NCBI GenBank assembly: GCA_963780225.1 | Contig: CAWAAX010000004.1 | Span: 32,001 to 96,000 of the forward strand | DNA from: an uncultured bacterium | GTDB lineage: Bacteria; Edwardsbacteria; AC1; EtOH8 | Length of the DNA stretch: 64,000 nt | Reading direction: 5' to 3' | In this document: positions 1-9,300 of the stretch, one piece after another | Numbering within the stretch: position 1 is the stretch's first letter | Layout: the number at the start of each line of letters is the position of its first letter | Made by a program: the position numbers and the translations under genes | Notes under the pieces: model-generated | What the model was told of the DNA's origin: nothing | What the model saw: the letters and a program-made list of their open reading frames with translations, nothing else | Databases searched by the model: none

Positions 1-18
1 AAAATAGCGGGGGAATGG

Positions 19-1125
19 TCATTCCTCATCCAACATTTCCCTCCGCTGCCCGCTCCGCACTTTTTTCTGGGAGCTCCGGTGTTCCGTGATCTTGTTTTTC
101 ATGGCCTGCTTTTTTTGATGGGCCGCCAGTTCCCGGTGCATCTTCTGGTAATTCTTGAAACGGGAGGGCTCCAGCCCGCCGCTTTCCATGGCCTCTTTCA
201 CGGCGCAGCCCGGCTCCCCGTCATGGCGGCAGTCCTTGAAGCGGCAGGCGCTGGCCAGTTCCTCGATGTCGTCAAAGGTCTGGGCCAGGCCGTCGCCCCC
301 GTCCCACAGCTGCATTTCCCTTAGGCCCGGGGTGTCTATCACCATCCTCTTGTTGGGCAGCAAAAACAGGTTGCGGCTGCTGGTGATATGCCGGCCCTTG
401 TCCTTGTATTCCGACAGCTCCCCGGTGGCCAGGGAATCGGTCCCGGTCAGCCGGTTGACGATGGTGGATTTCCCCACCCCCGAACTGCCGACGAAGACGC
501 AGGTCTTGCCTACAGGCAGAAATTCCCAAAGCCTTTCCAGCCCCTGGTCCAGGGCGGCGCTGGCCACCACCACCGGGATCTCCCGGGCCGCCCGTTCCGC
601 TTCCTTCTGTTTTACCGCCGGATCCAAGCAGAGGTCCGACTTGTTCAGCACTATCACCGGGCTGGCCCCGCAGTTCCGGGCCGCCACCAGATACCGCTCC
701 AGCCGGCTGAAATTAAGCTCGTCGTTAAGAGCCCCCACGATGAACACGGTGTCGATGTTGGCGGCCATGGTCTGCTGGTCGGTCAAGGCTCCGGCCCGGT
801 TGCGGGTCAGGCAGTTCTTCCTGGGCAAAATGGCCTTGATGGTCCCGCTCCGGTTGGCCGGGTCGTGGTCAAAGGCCACCCAGTCGCCCACCGCCGGGAT
901 CCCGGTAAGCCATTCTTCCGGCAGTCCTTCGGTCAGTATCCCGTCCCGCAGTTTCCCCGAGACCGCCAGTTCCAGCTCGCCCAGTTCCGTTAAGACCCTT
1001 ACCAGGCTTAAATGGACGGCCGCCACCCGGCCGGGCAGGATGTTCTTATTCTCAGGCAGGGCGGCGACCAGCAAGCGGAAATTCTGTTCGAAATGATCAT
1101 CCCAGCCTAGGATTGAAAGGTCCAT
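19..1125 (-). CDS. rsgA: Ribosome small subunit-dependent GTPase A (long RsgA-type)
   Basis: Circularly permuted GTPase motifs NKSDL, GSSGVGKS, DTPG; C-terminal Zn site CRFKDCRHDGEPGC. Confidence 0.93.
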   Translation of the reverse strand: MDLSILGWDDHFEQNFRLLVAALPENKNILPGRVAAVHLSLVRVLTELGELELAVSGKLRDGILTEGLPEEWLTGIPAVGDWVAFDHDPANRSGTIKAILPRKNCLTRNRAGALTDQQTMAANIDTVFIVGALNDELNFSRLERYLVAARNCGASPVIVLNKSDLCLDPAVKQKEAERAAREIPVVVASAALDQGLERLWEFLPVGKTCVFVGSSGVGKSTIVNRLTGTDSLATGELSEYKDKGRHITSSRNLFLLPNKRMVIDTPGLREMQLWDGGDGLAQTFDDIEELASACRFKDCRHDGEPGCAVKEAMESGGLEPSRFKNYQKMHRELAAHQKKQAMKNKITEHRSSQKKVRSGQRREMLDEE

Positions 1126-1149
1126 TATTTACCTCAATGTCTCTGTTTT

Positions 1150-1281
1150 TTAGTTGATGATGGGTTTTCCGCTGATGGTCCTAAGATCCGGCAACGAGAT
1201 GCTCTTTATGATCTGATCCAATTCATGCAATTCGCAGAGTTTTGGGTCATCTTTTAAACAGCGTTCCAGTATCTTCAGCAT
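1150..1281 (-). CDS. 43-aa small protein upstream of rsgA (MLKILERCLKDD...)
   Basis: Strong RBS GGGAGG just upstream of ATG at 1281; stop 25 nt before rsgA start. Confidence 0.5.
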   Translation of the reverse strand: MLKILERCLKDDPKLCELHELDQIIKSISLPDLRTISGKPIIN

Positions 1282-1355
1282 ATTGTCCTCCCTTCGGTGT
1301 CGTGGCTGATCTCGCTTTGAACCGCCTCTGCGGGTTGGGGAGATGACGGGCAAAT

Positions 1356-1392
1356 AAAAAAGCCACAGGTTAAAAATTTTCCTGCGGCTTTT
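1356..1392 (-). terminator. Intrinsic terminator/attenuator 2 in rsgA leader
   Basis: Minus strand AAAAGCCGCAGG-loop-CCTGTGGCTTTTTT. Confidence 0.75.
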
Positions 1393-1429
1393 CGTCCGGC
1401 CTCAGAGCCAGGGCGAAGAATGGTAAAAG

Positions 1430-1466
1430 AAAAAAGGCCGCAGGTTTTGCGCAAACCCAAGGCCTT
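1430..1466 (-). terminator. Intrinsic terminator/attenuator 1 in rsgA leader
   Basis: Minus strand AAGGCCTTGGGTTT-loop-AAACCTGCGGCCTTTTTT. Confidence 0.65.
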
Positions 1467-1486
1467 GTAAAGAAGATCAATTCAAC

Positions 1487-1570
1487 TCAACTGTGGCATG
1501 GGGGCGCAATTATCCCAGGGAAACTATCCATGGGAAGCAGATTCGCGATTATGTCAGTATAATTAATCAT
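1487..1570 (-). CDS. Putative 27-aa leader peptide MINYTDIIANLLPMDSFPGIIAPPCHS
   Basis: RBS AAAGGGGTG upstream of ATG; lies between a promoter and the terminators. Confidence 0.5.
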   Translation of the reverse strand: MINYTDIIANLLPMDSFPGIIAPPCHS

Positions 1571-1626
1571 TTTTGCGCACCCCTTTGGGTACCCTTAAAA
1601 AGTTAAGATTTAAAGTTAATGACATA

Positions 1627-1655
1627 TTTTATAATAAAAATGATTATCTTGTCAA
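1627..1655 (-). promoter_or_regulatory. sigma70-type promoter of rsgA leader
   Basis: Minus strand TTGACA followed at 16-18 nt by TATAAA/TAAAAT. Confidence 0.65.
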
Positions 1656-1754
1656 GTTATTTTTTCAATAAGCAGTGTTTTTTTTAATCTTTTAATAATT
1701 CAGGCGCCACCGGCGCCCCGTTATACTTTTTCCGAATGTTTCCGGCTTCTTTTC

Positions 1755-1783
1755 TTGACATCATTAAACGCCCTTGCTATAAT
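1755..1783 (+). promoter_or_regulatory. sigma70 consensus promoter
   Basis: TTGACA-17 nt-TATAAT. Confidence 0.85.
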
Positions 1784-1835
1784 GATATTCAGGATTATCA
1801 TTACTAGTTTACGGGTTAATTCAGACAAATTTAAA

Positions 1836-2786
1836 ATGAGCGACAAAAAACCAAACATCCTGGATTATTTCTTCGTCCTGCGGCCCATCCTTTTGGTGCC
1901 GGCCTGGACCATGCTGCTGGCGGGATTTTACCAGGCCCAGCGCCAGGCGGGAGTTCCCGCCAAGCCGCTCTGGCTGCTGCCGGGAAAGCTGTGGCTGGCC
2001 CTGGCCCTGTACAGCGGGCTGATGGGCGCGGTCTACATCGTCAACCAGATCTTTGACATCGAGACCGACCGGATCAACAAGAAACTGTTCCTGGTGGCCG
2101 AGGGCTATGTCAGCAAGTCCGGCATCTGGGCGGAAGCGGGGATACTGATGGTGCTGGCCCTGGCCCTGGCCGTCTATTATTTCAGCCGGACCTTCGCGGT
2201 GATCATTCTGGCCTCGGGGATCCTGGGTCTGCTGTACTCGGTTCCGCCGTTCAAGTTCAAGGCCAAACCATTCCTGGACATGGCGGCCAACGGCTTCGGC
2301 TACGGCGGGCTGGCCTTTGCCGCGGGCTGGCTGGTCTCCGGTCAGTACAGTGAAAAAATATGGCTGGCGGCGGCGCCCTACATGCTGGCGGTGGCGGCGG
2401 TCTATGTCAACACCACCATTCCCGATTACCATTCGGACAAGGCCACCGGCAACATCACTACCGGGGTCTTTCTGGGCGGAACGGTCACCATCGGGCTGGG
2501 GCTGGCCCTGATGGCCGGTTCGGCGGGACTGGCTTATTACCTGAACGACAGGCTGTGCCTGATCGCCGCCGTCTGCGCCCTGCCGTTGTTTCTGATAGCG
2601 GTGATCACCGGAAAGATGCGCTGGACTATGATGTCTTACCAGGGCGGCTCGCTGGTGCTGGTGCTGCTGGTGGGAATGATGCACCCGGTTTTCTTTTTAC
2701 TGCTATTGGGCACCTACCTGGCGCTGAAGATCTATCATAAAAAACGGTTCAACATGGACTACCCGAAGTTCGCGGACCGGGGGTAA
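1836..2786 (+). CDS. UbiA-family prenyltransferase
   Basis: NQIFDIETDRINK and NTTIPDYHSD Asp motifs; multiple TM helices; start moved to ATG 1836 because the ORF-track TTG is the -35 box. Confidence 0.88.
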   Translation: MSDKKPNILDYFFVLRPILLVPAWTMLLAGFYQAQRQAGVPAKPLWLLPGKLWLALALYSGLMGAVYIVNQIFDIETDRINKKLFLVAEGYVSKSGIWAEAGILMVLALALAVYYFSRTFAVIILASGILGLLYSVPPFKFKAKPFLDMAANGFGYGGLAFAAGWLVSGQYSEKIWLAAAPYMLAVAAVYVNTTIPDYHSDKATGNITTGVFLGGTVTIGLGLALMAGSAGLAYYLNDRLCLIAAVCALPLFLIAVITGKMRWTMMSYQGGSLVLVLLVGMMHPVFFLLLLGTYLALKIYHKKRFNMDYPKFADRG

Positions 2787-2859
2787 CCTTGCCACCAAGA
2801 CACCAAGGCACAAATATATTTCAGCTATGGGGTTTATTCAGTAAAAACGGAGAGGCGGT

Positions 2860-3696
2860 ATGAGTACCAGACGATCCATCATTGCCGGGAGCTGGTATCC
2901 GGGCGAGGCGGCCAAGCTGAAGGCCGAGGTCGAAAAGTACCTGGCGGCGGCCAAGGCATATCCCACAGATTCCGAGCTGCTGGGGATAGTGTCCCCCCAC
3001 GCGGGATTGATATACTCCGGTCCGGTGGCGGCTTTCGCCTACAAGAATCTCAAAGGCCTGGAAATAAAGACCGTTGTGATGGTCGGCCCCAGCCACCGCG
3101 CTTATTTCGAGGGCGCCGCGGTCTACGCCTCCGGCGAATGGGAGACCCCGCTGGGCAAAGTGGAGATCGACTCTGAACTCTGCCAGAGGATCATCAGCCA
3201 GGACCAGACCCACATCACCGATCTGCCGGCAGCCCACGCCCAGGAGCACTCGCTGGAGATCCAGATGCCTTTCCTGCAGACGGTATTGGATCCCGGTTTT
3301 AAGATCGTTCCCATCATGGTGTCCAACCATTCGCTGGCTTCTTGCGAGAGGCTGGCCCATTCCATAGTCCATGCGCTCAATGGAAACTGTGAAGGGATCC
3401 TGCTCTTGGCCTCCAGCGACCTGTCCCACTTTCACTCACAGGCCGAAGCCAAGAAGCTGGACCAGAAGGTGGTCAAGGGCATCGAGAACTACGATCCCGA
3501 AAAACTGGCCGGGGAGCTGGCCTTCGAGAAATGCGAGGCCTGCGGGGGCGGGCCGATAGTGACCGTGATGATCGCCTGCAAACTGCTGGGGGCGGATCAG
3601 GGCGTGGTCTACGACTACCGGACTTCGGGAGATGTAACGGGCGAGAAGGAGCAGGTGGTGGGGTATCTGGCCGCGGGACTTTATAAAACAAAATAA
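2860..3696 (+). CDS. amrB: AmmeMemoRadiSam system protein B (MEMO1 family)
   Basis: AGSWYP, PHAG..YSG, GPSH, EHSLEIQMPFLQ, SSDLSHF, EACGGGP. Confidence 0.92.
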   Translation: MSTRRSIIAGSWYPGEAAKLKAEVEKYLAAAKAYPTDSELLGIVSPHAGLIYSGPVAAFAYKNLKGLEIKTVVMVGPSHRAYFEGAAVYASGEWETPLGKVEIDSELCQRIISQDQTHITDLPAAHAQEHSLEIQMPFLQTVLDPGFKIVPIMVSNHSLASCERLAHSIVHALNGNCEGILLLASSDLSHFHSQAEAKKLDQKVVKGIENYDPEKLAGELAFEKCEACGGGPIVTVMIACKLLGADQGVVYDYRTSGDVTGEKEQVVGYLAAGLYKTK

Positions 3697-3754
3697 AAAA
3701 TCAGAAATCAAAAATAAAATACCCGGATCGCAGTTGACAGATTATTTAAGAGAC

Positions 3755-4312
3755 ATGTTAACCACAGAAGAAAAAAAAGAGCTTTTCCGGATAGCGCACC
3801 AGGCAATAGAGGCCGAGGTCAGGGGACTGCCCAAGCCGAAGTTCATTCCTCTGACTCCAAAACTTGCCGAACTGCGCGGGGTGTTCGTCACCTTAAAAGA
3901 ACAGGGGCAGCTGCGGGGATGCATCGGGTACATTGAGGGCATCAAGCCGCTGTATCTGGCTGTGGCCGAGATGGCGGTGGCCGCGGCGGTAGACGATCCG
4001 CGCTTTCCCGGGGTCACGGAAGCAGAACTGCCGCATTTGGAATACGAGATCTCGGTGCTGACGCCAAAAAGGCAGATAGATAAACCGGAGGAGTTCATTC
4101 CCGGACAGCATGGAATCATAGTCCAGCGGGGCGGGCGCTCCGGAGTGTTTTTGCCGCAGGTGGCGGCCGAGGAGGGCTGGAATCGGGAGGAAACCTTGAA
4201 TTACCTCTGCGCGCACAAGGCGGGCCTGCCGGCCGGGGCCTGGAGGGAGAAGGAGACGAAGTTGTTTGTGTTTGAGGCCGAGGTGATAGAAGAAAAAGAT
4301 CTGAAACAATAA
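3755..4312 (+). CDS. amrA: AmmeMemoRadiSam system protein A (AMMECR1 family)
   Basis: GVFVTL..LRGCIG, DPRF, EISVL, FLPQVA. Confidence 0.92.
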   Translation: MLTTEEKKELFRIAHQAIEAEVRGLPKPKFIPLTPKLAELRGVFVTLKEQGQLRGCIGYIEGIKPLYLAVAEMAVAAAVDDPRFPGVTEAELPHLEYEISVLTPKRQIDKPEEFIPGQHGIIVQRGGRSGVFLPQVAAEEGWNREETLNYLCAHKAGLPAGAWREKETKLFVFEAEVIEEKDLKQ

Positions 4313-4313
4313 C

Positions 4314-4865
4314 ATGTTGAATCACCGTCGATCCATTCGCCTACCGGAATATGATTATTCGCAGGAAGGGGCATATTACGTTACAATTTGCGTCCGTGAC
4401 CGCAAATGTTTGTTTGGCGAAATAACCAATGGGCAAATGATATTAAACCCATACGGAGAAATTGCTCGTAACGAATGGATTAAAACCGGTGAATTACGGC
4501 CATATGTCATGCCGGACGAATTTGTGGTTATGCCAAATCATATTCATGGGGTATTGATTATAATTGATGATGACCATTGTAGGGGCACGATGCATCGTGC
4601 CCCTACGGGTACGACCGAACGTTTTGGTAAACCCGTCACCGGATCATTGCCAACCATCATCCGTTGTTACACGGCGGCGGTGACCCGTCAAATAAATAAA
4701 TTGCGCAATACGCCGGGCCACAAAATATGGCAACGTAATTATTTTGAACATGTCATCCGAAATGATAAATCATATGATAGAATAAGACAATATATCATCG
4801 AAAATCCTTTATACTGGGCGCAGGATGACAAAAACCCTGACCGACCGACCATAAATAAAAAATGA
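4314..4865 (+). mobile_element. Y1 HUH transposase, REP-associated tyrosine transposase (RAYT)-like
   Basis: RRSIRL..YDYS, YYVTIC, MPNHIHG (HUH), WQRNYFEHVIR, IRQYIIENP; lower GC than neighbours. Confidence 0.9.
4579..4606. repeat. Perfect 28-bp GTAG-headed REP-like palindrome inside the transposase CDS
   Basis: GTAGGGGCACGATGCATCGTGCCCCTAC is its own reverse complement. Confidence 0.9.
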
Positions 4866-4891
4866 AAAACGAAATCAAATAACGGACAAAT

Positions 4892-5194
4892 ATGCGCGAC
4901 AATCAAATAATCGAGACCATGACCGGGCTGGCCGAAAAGCTGGGCCTGTCCATCAAATTCGACGAGTTCGACGGCCGGGGAGGCTGGTGCAAACTCAAGG
5001 GCACCGAGAAGATCATCATCAACAAGCGGATGATGCCCAAGGAGCAGACCCGGATCCTGGCCCAGATCCTGGCCCGGTATCCCACCGAGGAGCTGGCCAT
5101 GCCGCCCCGGGTCCGCCAGCTGATAGACGACGCCAAGGAGGATTTGCCGGAAAAAGAGGAGCCGCAGACCGAACTGGAGGTCGGGGAAAAATGA
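4892..5194 (+). CDS. Conserved-looking hypothetical protein
   Basis: Host-like codon usage; GGWCKLKG..IIIN segment; overlaps next start (ATGA). Confidence 0.75.
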   Translation: MRDNQIIETMTGLAEKLGLSIKFDEFDGRGGWCKLKGTEKIIINKRMMPKEQTRILAQILARYPTEELAMPPRVRQLIDDAKEDLPEKEEPQTELEVGEK

Positions 5195-5697
5195 GCCTCT
5201 CCAGCTGCCGGGAGTGCAAGAAGGAGGTCAGCCCCAATGCCCGGAGTTGCCCCCACTGCGGGGCGCCCCAGCCGGCCAACCAAACCTGGAACGGGTGGGG
5301 CTTCGACTGGAAGTCCAAATCATCCTACTACGGCTGGCCGCTGGTTCACGTCTCGGTCGGCAAGGACCGCAACGGCAAGCTTCGGGTGGCCAGGGGCTGG
5401 ATCGCCATCGGGCAGTTCGGCATAGGCGCCATAACCATCGCCCAGTTCGGGGTGGGGATAGTGTTCGGCTTCGGTCAGATCATCCTGGGAACCACGGCCA
5501 TCGCCCAGATCGCGGTGGGTCTGCTATTCGGGATGGGGCAGCTGGCCACCGGTTACATTGCGGTGGGACAGATAGTTTTAGGATACTACGGCCTGTGCCA
5601 GTCAGGTTTGGCGGCCCACCTGTGGAGCCAGAAATTCAGGGACCCGGAAGCGGTGCGGTTCTTCAAACAGCTGACGGAGTATCTGCCCAAACTGTGA
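5191..5697 (+). CDS. Zinc-ribbon domain membrane protein
   Basis: CREC..CPHCGAP, then GWPLVH and ARGWIAIG Gly-rich hydrophobic region. Confidence 0.8.
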   Translation: MSLSSCRECKKEVSPNARSCPHCGAPQPANQTWNGWGFDWKSKSSYYGWPLVHVSVGKDRNGKLRVARGWIAIGQFGIGAITIAQFGVGIVFGFGQIILGTTAIAQIAVGLLFGMGQLATGYIAVGQIVLGYYGLCQSGLAAHLWSQKFRDPEAVRFFKQLTEYLPKL

Positions 5698-5788
5698 AAC
5701 GTGAAACGTAAAATGGGAAACGTATACGCTTAACGCTGAAAACCGGTCAACTGTAAACTCTAAACACCAAACACCAAACGCCAAACTG
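5693..5788 (+). repeat. Heptamer-period degenerate tandem repeats
   Basis: GTGAAAC GTGAAAC GTAAAAT...; TCTAAAC ACCAAAC ACCAAAC GCCAAAC. Confidence 0.75.
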
Positions 5789-5794
5789 TTAAAA

Positions 5795-6421
5795 ATGCCC
5801 AACAGCAAAACAAACATCTCCCTGCCGGAGCAGGCCACCAGCTTTACCAAGGACTTCCTGGACCTCTGGGTCTTTGACAAGGAAGGGACCAAGATCGGGC
5901 GGGTGGCCGACCTGGCCATCACCATGGGCGAGGAATTCCCCAATGTCTCCTCGCTGGTGGTGGCGGTCAAGCTGAGGATCAGCCTGTTCGGCTCGGCCAA
6001 ATTCGAGGCGGTGATCCCCTGGCGCCAGGTGAAAAGCCTGGATGAGGACGGGATCGCCCTGGGCATCGCCTTCAGCGAAGTGAAGACCGGCAAGCTGAAC
6101 CAGCGGGAACTGCTGTTGAAGAAGAACGTGATGGACCAGCAGATAGTGGACAACGAAGGCCGGAAGATCCTCCGGGTCAACGACGTCAAGCTGAAGGCCT
6201 TCAACGAGCACCTCCGGCTGGTGGGGGTGGAGACCGGCATCAAGGGCCTGCTGTACCGGCTGGGGGCGGGGCGGCGGCTGGTGCGGGTGGCCAATCTGCT
6301 GAACGTAAAGATCATGGAGAACATAATCATGTGGGACCTGGTGGAGCAGTTCGACAACGAAATGAAACGGATAAAACTTTCCATCTCCCAGGAGATGCTG
6401 AAGGACCTGATAAACCTATGA
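5795..6421 (+). CDS. PRC-barrel protein associated with MgtE-type module
   Basis: VFDKEGTKIGRVADL; MDQQIVDNEGRKILRVNDV. Confidence 0.8.
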   Translation: MPNSKTNISLPEQATSFTKDFLDLWVFDKEGTKIGRVADLAITMGEEFPNVSSLVVAVKLRISLFGSAKFEAVIPWRQVKSLDEDGIALGIAFSEVKTGKLNQRELLLKKNVMDQQIVDNEGRKILRVNDVKLKAFNEHLRLVGVETGIKGLLYRLGAGRRLVRVANLLNVKIMENIIMWDLVEQFDNEMKRIKLSISQEMLKDLINL

Positions 6422-7641
6422 GATACCTATCGCACTATCTTCACCGCCAGGTGCATTTCAAAAAACAGCATCTGGGCGAACTGGTGGACTGGGTCATGAA
6501 CGCCCGGCCCACCCAGGCCGAACTGGCCGGCCTGGTGATCCTGGACAATGAGGGACGGGAGAGGAGCATTTCCCTGAACGACGTGGAATCGCTGGGCCAC
6601 CGCTACATCTATCTGAAGCGGAGCCTGAGCGAATGCCCGGAGCTGGCTCCGGCCGACGGCCAGATCCGGCTGGCCGAGCACATCCTGGACAAGCAGGTGG
6701 TGGATACCAGGAAGAAAAAAGTTTACCGGGTCAACGACATCGAAGTGGAGCAGGAGGGCGACCGCTTTTTGGTGCGCTGGGTGGACGCCGGGCTGGCCGG
6801 GCTTTTGAACCGGCTGGGCCTGCCGGAATCGCTGCAGCCCAAGCCGGGAAAGATGCAGCGGCGCATCGCCTGGGCCGACGTGGAGCCGCTGGACCCCGAC
6901 CTGAAATCCAGCTTTGAAAAGCTTTCCAAGATGCATCCGGCCGACATCGCCGATATCGTGGAGGAGCTGGGGGTCACCCAGGGGGCGGATCTTTTGGAGC
7001 GGCTGGACGACGAGACCGCGGCCGAGACCCTGACCGAGGTGGAGCCGGAGATGCAGAGCGACCTGGTGGAGGAGATCAAGCCCCAGGACGCCGCCGACAT
7101 CATCGAGGAGATGGAGCCGGACGACGCCGCCGACCTGATCTCCGACCTGCCCCAGGAGACCGCCCGCCAGATCATGAACGAGATGGAATCCGAGGAAAAG
7201 GCCGAGGTCCAGGAACTGCTGCAGTACCCGGAGGACTCGGCCGGTGGCATCATGAACAACGATTACCTGGCGGTGACCAGGGGGCTGACGGTGGAGCAGG
7301 TGCTCAATAAATTCCGGGCCGACCAGCCCGAGCCCGAAGTGGCCTACAACCTGATCGTGACCGAGGCCGGGGAAAAGTTGGCCGGAATGCTGTCGCTGCG
7401 CGACCTGGTGGTGGCCCAGCCCCAGTCCAAGATCGACGACCTGATCGCTGCCGACACCCCCTCGGTCCGCCCGGATACCCCCTTAAGCGAGGTGGCCGAC
7501 CTGTTCTCCAAGTACGACCTGGTGATGTTGCCGGTGGTCAACCATGCCCGGCAGGTGCTGGGGGTGATCACGGTGGACGATGTGATAGAACTGATGGTCC
7601 CGGAAAAATGGAAACGCTCCCACCGCAAACGCCTGATCTGA
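6418..7641 (+). CDS. PRC-barrel + MgtE N-terminal + tandem CBS protein (no TM domain)
   Basis: LDKQVVD..RVNDI, MHPADIADIVEEL, YPEDSAGGIM, GVITVDDVI. Confidence 0.88.
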   Translation: MRYLSHYLHRQVHFKKQHLGELVDWVMNARPTQAELAGLVILDNEGRERSISLNDVESLGHRYIYLKRSLSECPELAPADGQIRLAEHILDKQVVDTRKKKVYRVNDIEVEQEGDRFLVRWVDAGLAGLLNRLGLPESLQPKPGKMQRRIAWADVEPLDPDLKSSFEKLSKMHPADIADIVEELGVTQGADLLERLDDETAAETLTEVEPEMQSDLVEEIKPQDAADIIEEMEPDDAADLISDLPQETARQIMNEMESEEKAEVQELLQYPEDSAGGIMNNDYLAVTRGLTVEQVLNKFRADQPEPEVAYNLIVTEAGEKLAGMLSLRDLVVAQPQSKIDDLIAADTPSVRPDTPLSEVADLFSKYDLVMLPVVNHARQVLGVITVDDVIELMVPEKWKRSHRKRLI

Positions 7642-7642
7642 C

Positions 7643-8878
7643 ATGAAGAAACTCTGGATAAAATTGGTGCTGATCTTCGGCATAGTGGGGCCGGGCCTGA
7701 TCACCTCCTTTGCCGACAACGACGCCGGAGGCATCACCACCTACTCCATCGCCGGGGCCCGCTACGGGTATTCCCTGCTGTGGATGCTGCTCTTGATCAC
7801 CTTCGTGCTGGCCTTCTTCCAGGAGATGGTGGCCCGGCTGGCGGCGGTCACCGGCAAGGGGCTGTCCGACCTGATCCGGGAGGAGTTCGGCCTGCGCTGG
7901 ACGCTGTTCGCCATGATCGTCCTTTTGGTGGCCAATTTCACCACCACCATCGCCAATTTCGCCGGGATCGCGGCCAGCCTGGAGATCCTGGGGGTCAGCA
8001 AATACATCTCCGTTCCGGCGACGGCTTTGGCCCTCTGGCTTCTGGTGGTCAAAGGTTCCTACCGTTTTGTGGAAAGGTTCTTTCTGATAGTGGCCCTGTT
8101 CTTCGCCGCCTATGTCATTGCCGGGTTCATGGCCAAGCCGGACTGGGGCCTGGCGGTGGGCAGCCTGGTCAAGCCGACCCTGGTCTGGAAGGCTGATTAC
8201 TGGGTGATCTTCATCGCCACCATCGGCACCACCATCACCCCCTGGATGCAGTTCTACCTGCAGTCCTCGATAGTGGACAAGGGGATCACCATGAAGCATT
8301 ACAACTACGCCAAGCTGGATGTCTTTGTGGGGACCTTCTTCACCAACTTCATCTCCTTTTTCATCATAGTCACCTGCGCCGCCACCCTGTTCAAGGCCGG
8401 CATTCCGGTGCACAACGCCGAGGACGCCGCCCTGGCCCTGGCCCCCATCGCCGGAAAATATTCCTCGGTGCTTTTTGCCCTGGGGCTGTTCGTGGCCTCG
8501 ATGATGGCCGCCTCCATCGTGCCCCTGTCCACCTCCTACGCCATCTGCGAGGCCTTTGGGATGGAGACCGGCATCAACAAGAACTTCAGCCAGGCCCCCA
8601 TATTCTTCAGCCTGTACACCCTGCTGCTGATACTGGGCGGGGCGGCCATCCTGATCCCCGGCCTGCCCCTGATCAAGGTGATGCTGTTCGCCCAGACGGT
8701 GCAGGGCGTCCTGCTGCCCATCATCCTGATCTTCATCCTGCTGCTGTTGAACAACCGGGACGTGATGGGGAACCACGTCAATTCAAAATTCTACAACATC
8801 GCAGCCCTGCTCTCGGTGGCCGGGATAGTGCTGGCTTCGCTGATCCTGCTGGTGCTGACGCTGATTGGGAAGACCTGA
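7643..8878 (+). CDS. NRAMP-family divalent cation transporter (NrmT-like)
   Basis: GPGLITSFADNDAGGITTYS, GTTITPWMQFY. Confidence 0.9.
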   Translation: MKKLWIKLVLIFGIVGPGLITSFADNDAGGITTYSIAGARYGYSLLWMLLLITFVLAFFQEMVARLAAVTGKGLSDLIREEFGLRWTLFAMIVLLVANFTTTIANFAGIAASLEILGVSKYISVPATALALWLLVVKGSYRFVERFFLIVALFFAAYVIAGFMAKPDWGLAVGSLVKPTLVWKADYWVIFIATIGTTITPWMQFYLQSSIVDKGITMKHYNYAKLDVFVGTFFTNFISFFIIVTCAATLFKAGIPVHNAEDAALALAPIAGKYSSVLFALGLFVASMMAASIVPLSTSYAICEAFGMETGINKNFSQAPIFFSLYTLLLILGGAAILIPGLPLIKVMLFAQTVQGVLLPIILIFILLLLNNRDVMGNHVNSKFYNIAALLSVAGIVLASLILLVLTLIGKT

Positions 8879-8933
8879 TCAAGTCCCGGAACAAAATGAT
8901 CCAAATGCATAAATGTCGGAAAAGAGGTTTCAG

Positions 8934-9296
8934 ATGAAAACAGCCGGTTATATCATCGCCGCCATCCTGATATTCTTCGGGGTGCTGTTCCTGATGTCGG
9001 CCCGGGCCGAGTACACCGCCAATCCGGGAAGCCGGATCATCACCGGGCTGGCCCTGATGGGGGGCGGGATCGCCATAGCCGTGATACTCAAGAAAAACCA
9101 GCCCAAACCGGCCCAGAAGATCGAGATCGTCCAGAAGATAGACCTGGCCGGAAAATCCCTGCCCGAGCAGATGAAGTGCAAACAATGCGGGGCGCCGCTC
9201 TCCAAGGACACTGTGACGGTGAAGGAAGGGGCGGTTTTCATCAACTGCCCATACTGCCAGAGCACCTACCAGATAACAGAAGAACCCAAGTGGTGA
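8934..9296 (+). CDS. Two-TM protein with C-terminal zinc ribbon
   Basis: Two hydrophobic helices; CKQCGAP...CPYCQS; GAGG RBS. Confidence 0.8.
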   Translation: MKTAGYIIAAILIFFGVLFLMSARAEYTANPGSRIITGLALMGGGIAIAVILKKNQPKPAQKIEIVQKIDLAGKSLPEQMKCKQCGAPLSKDTVTVKEGAVFINCPYCQSTYQITEEPKW

Positions 9297-9300
9297 AAAA

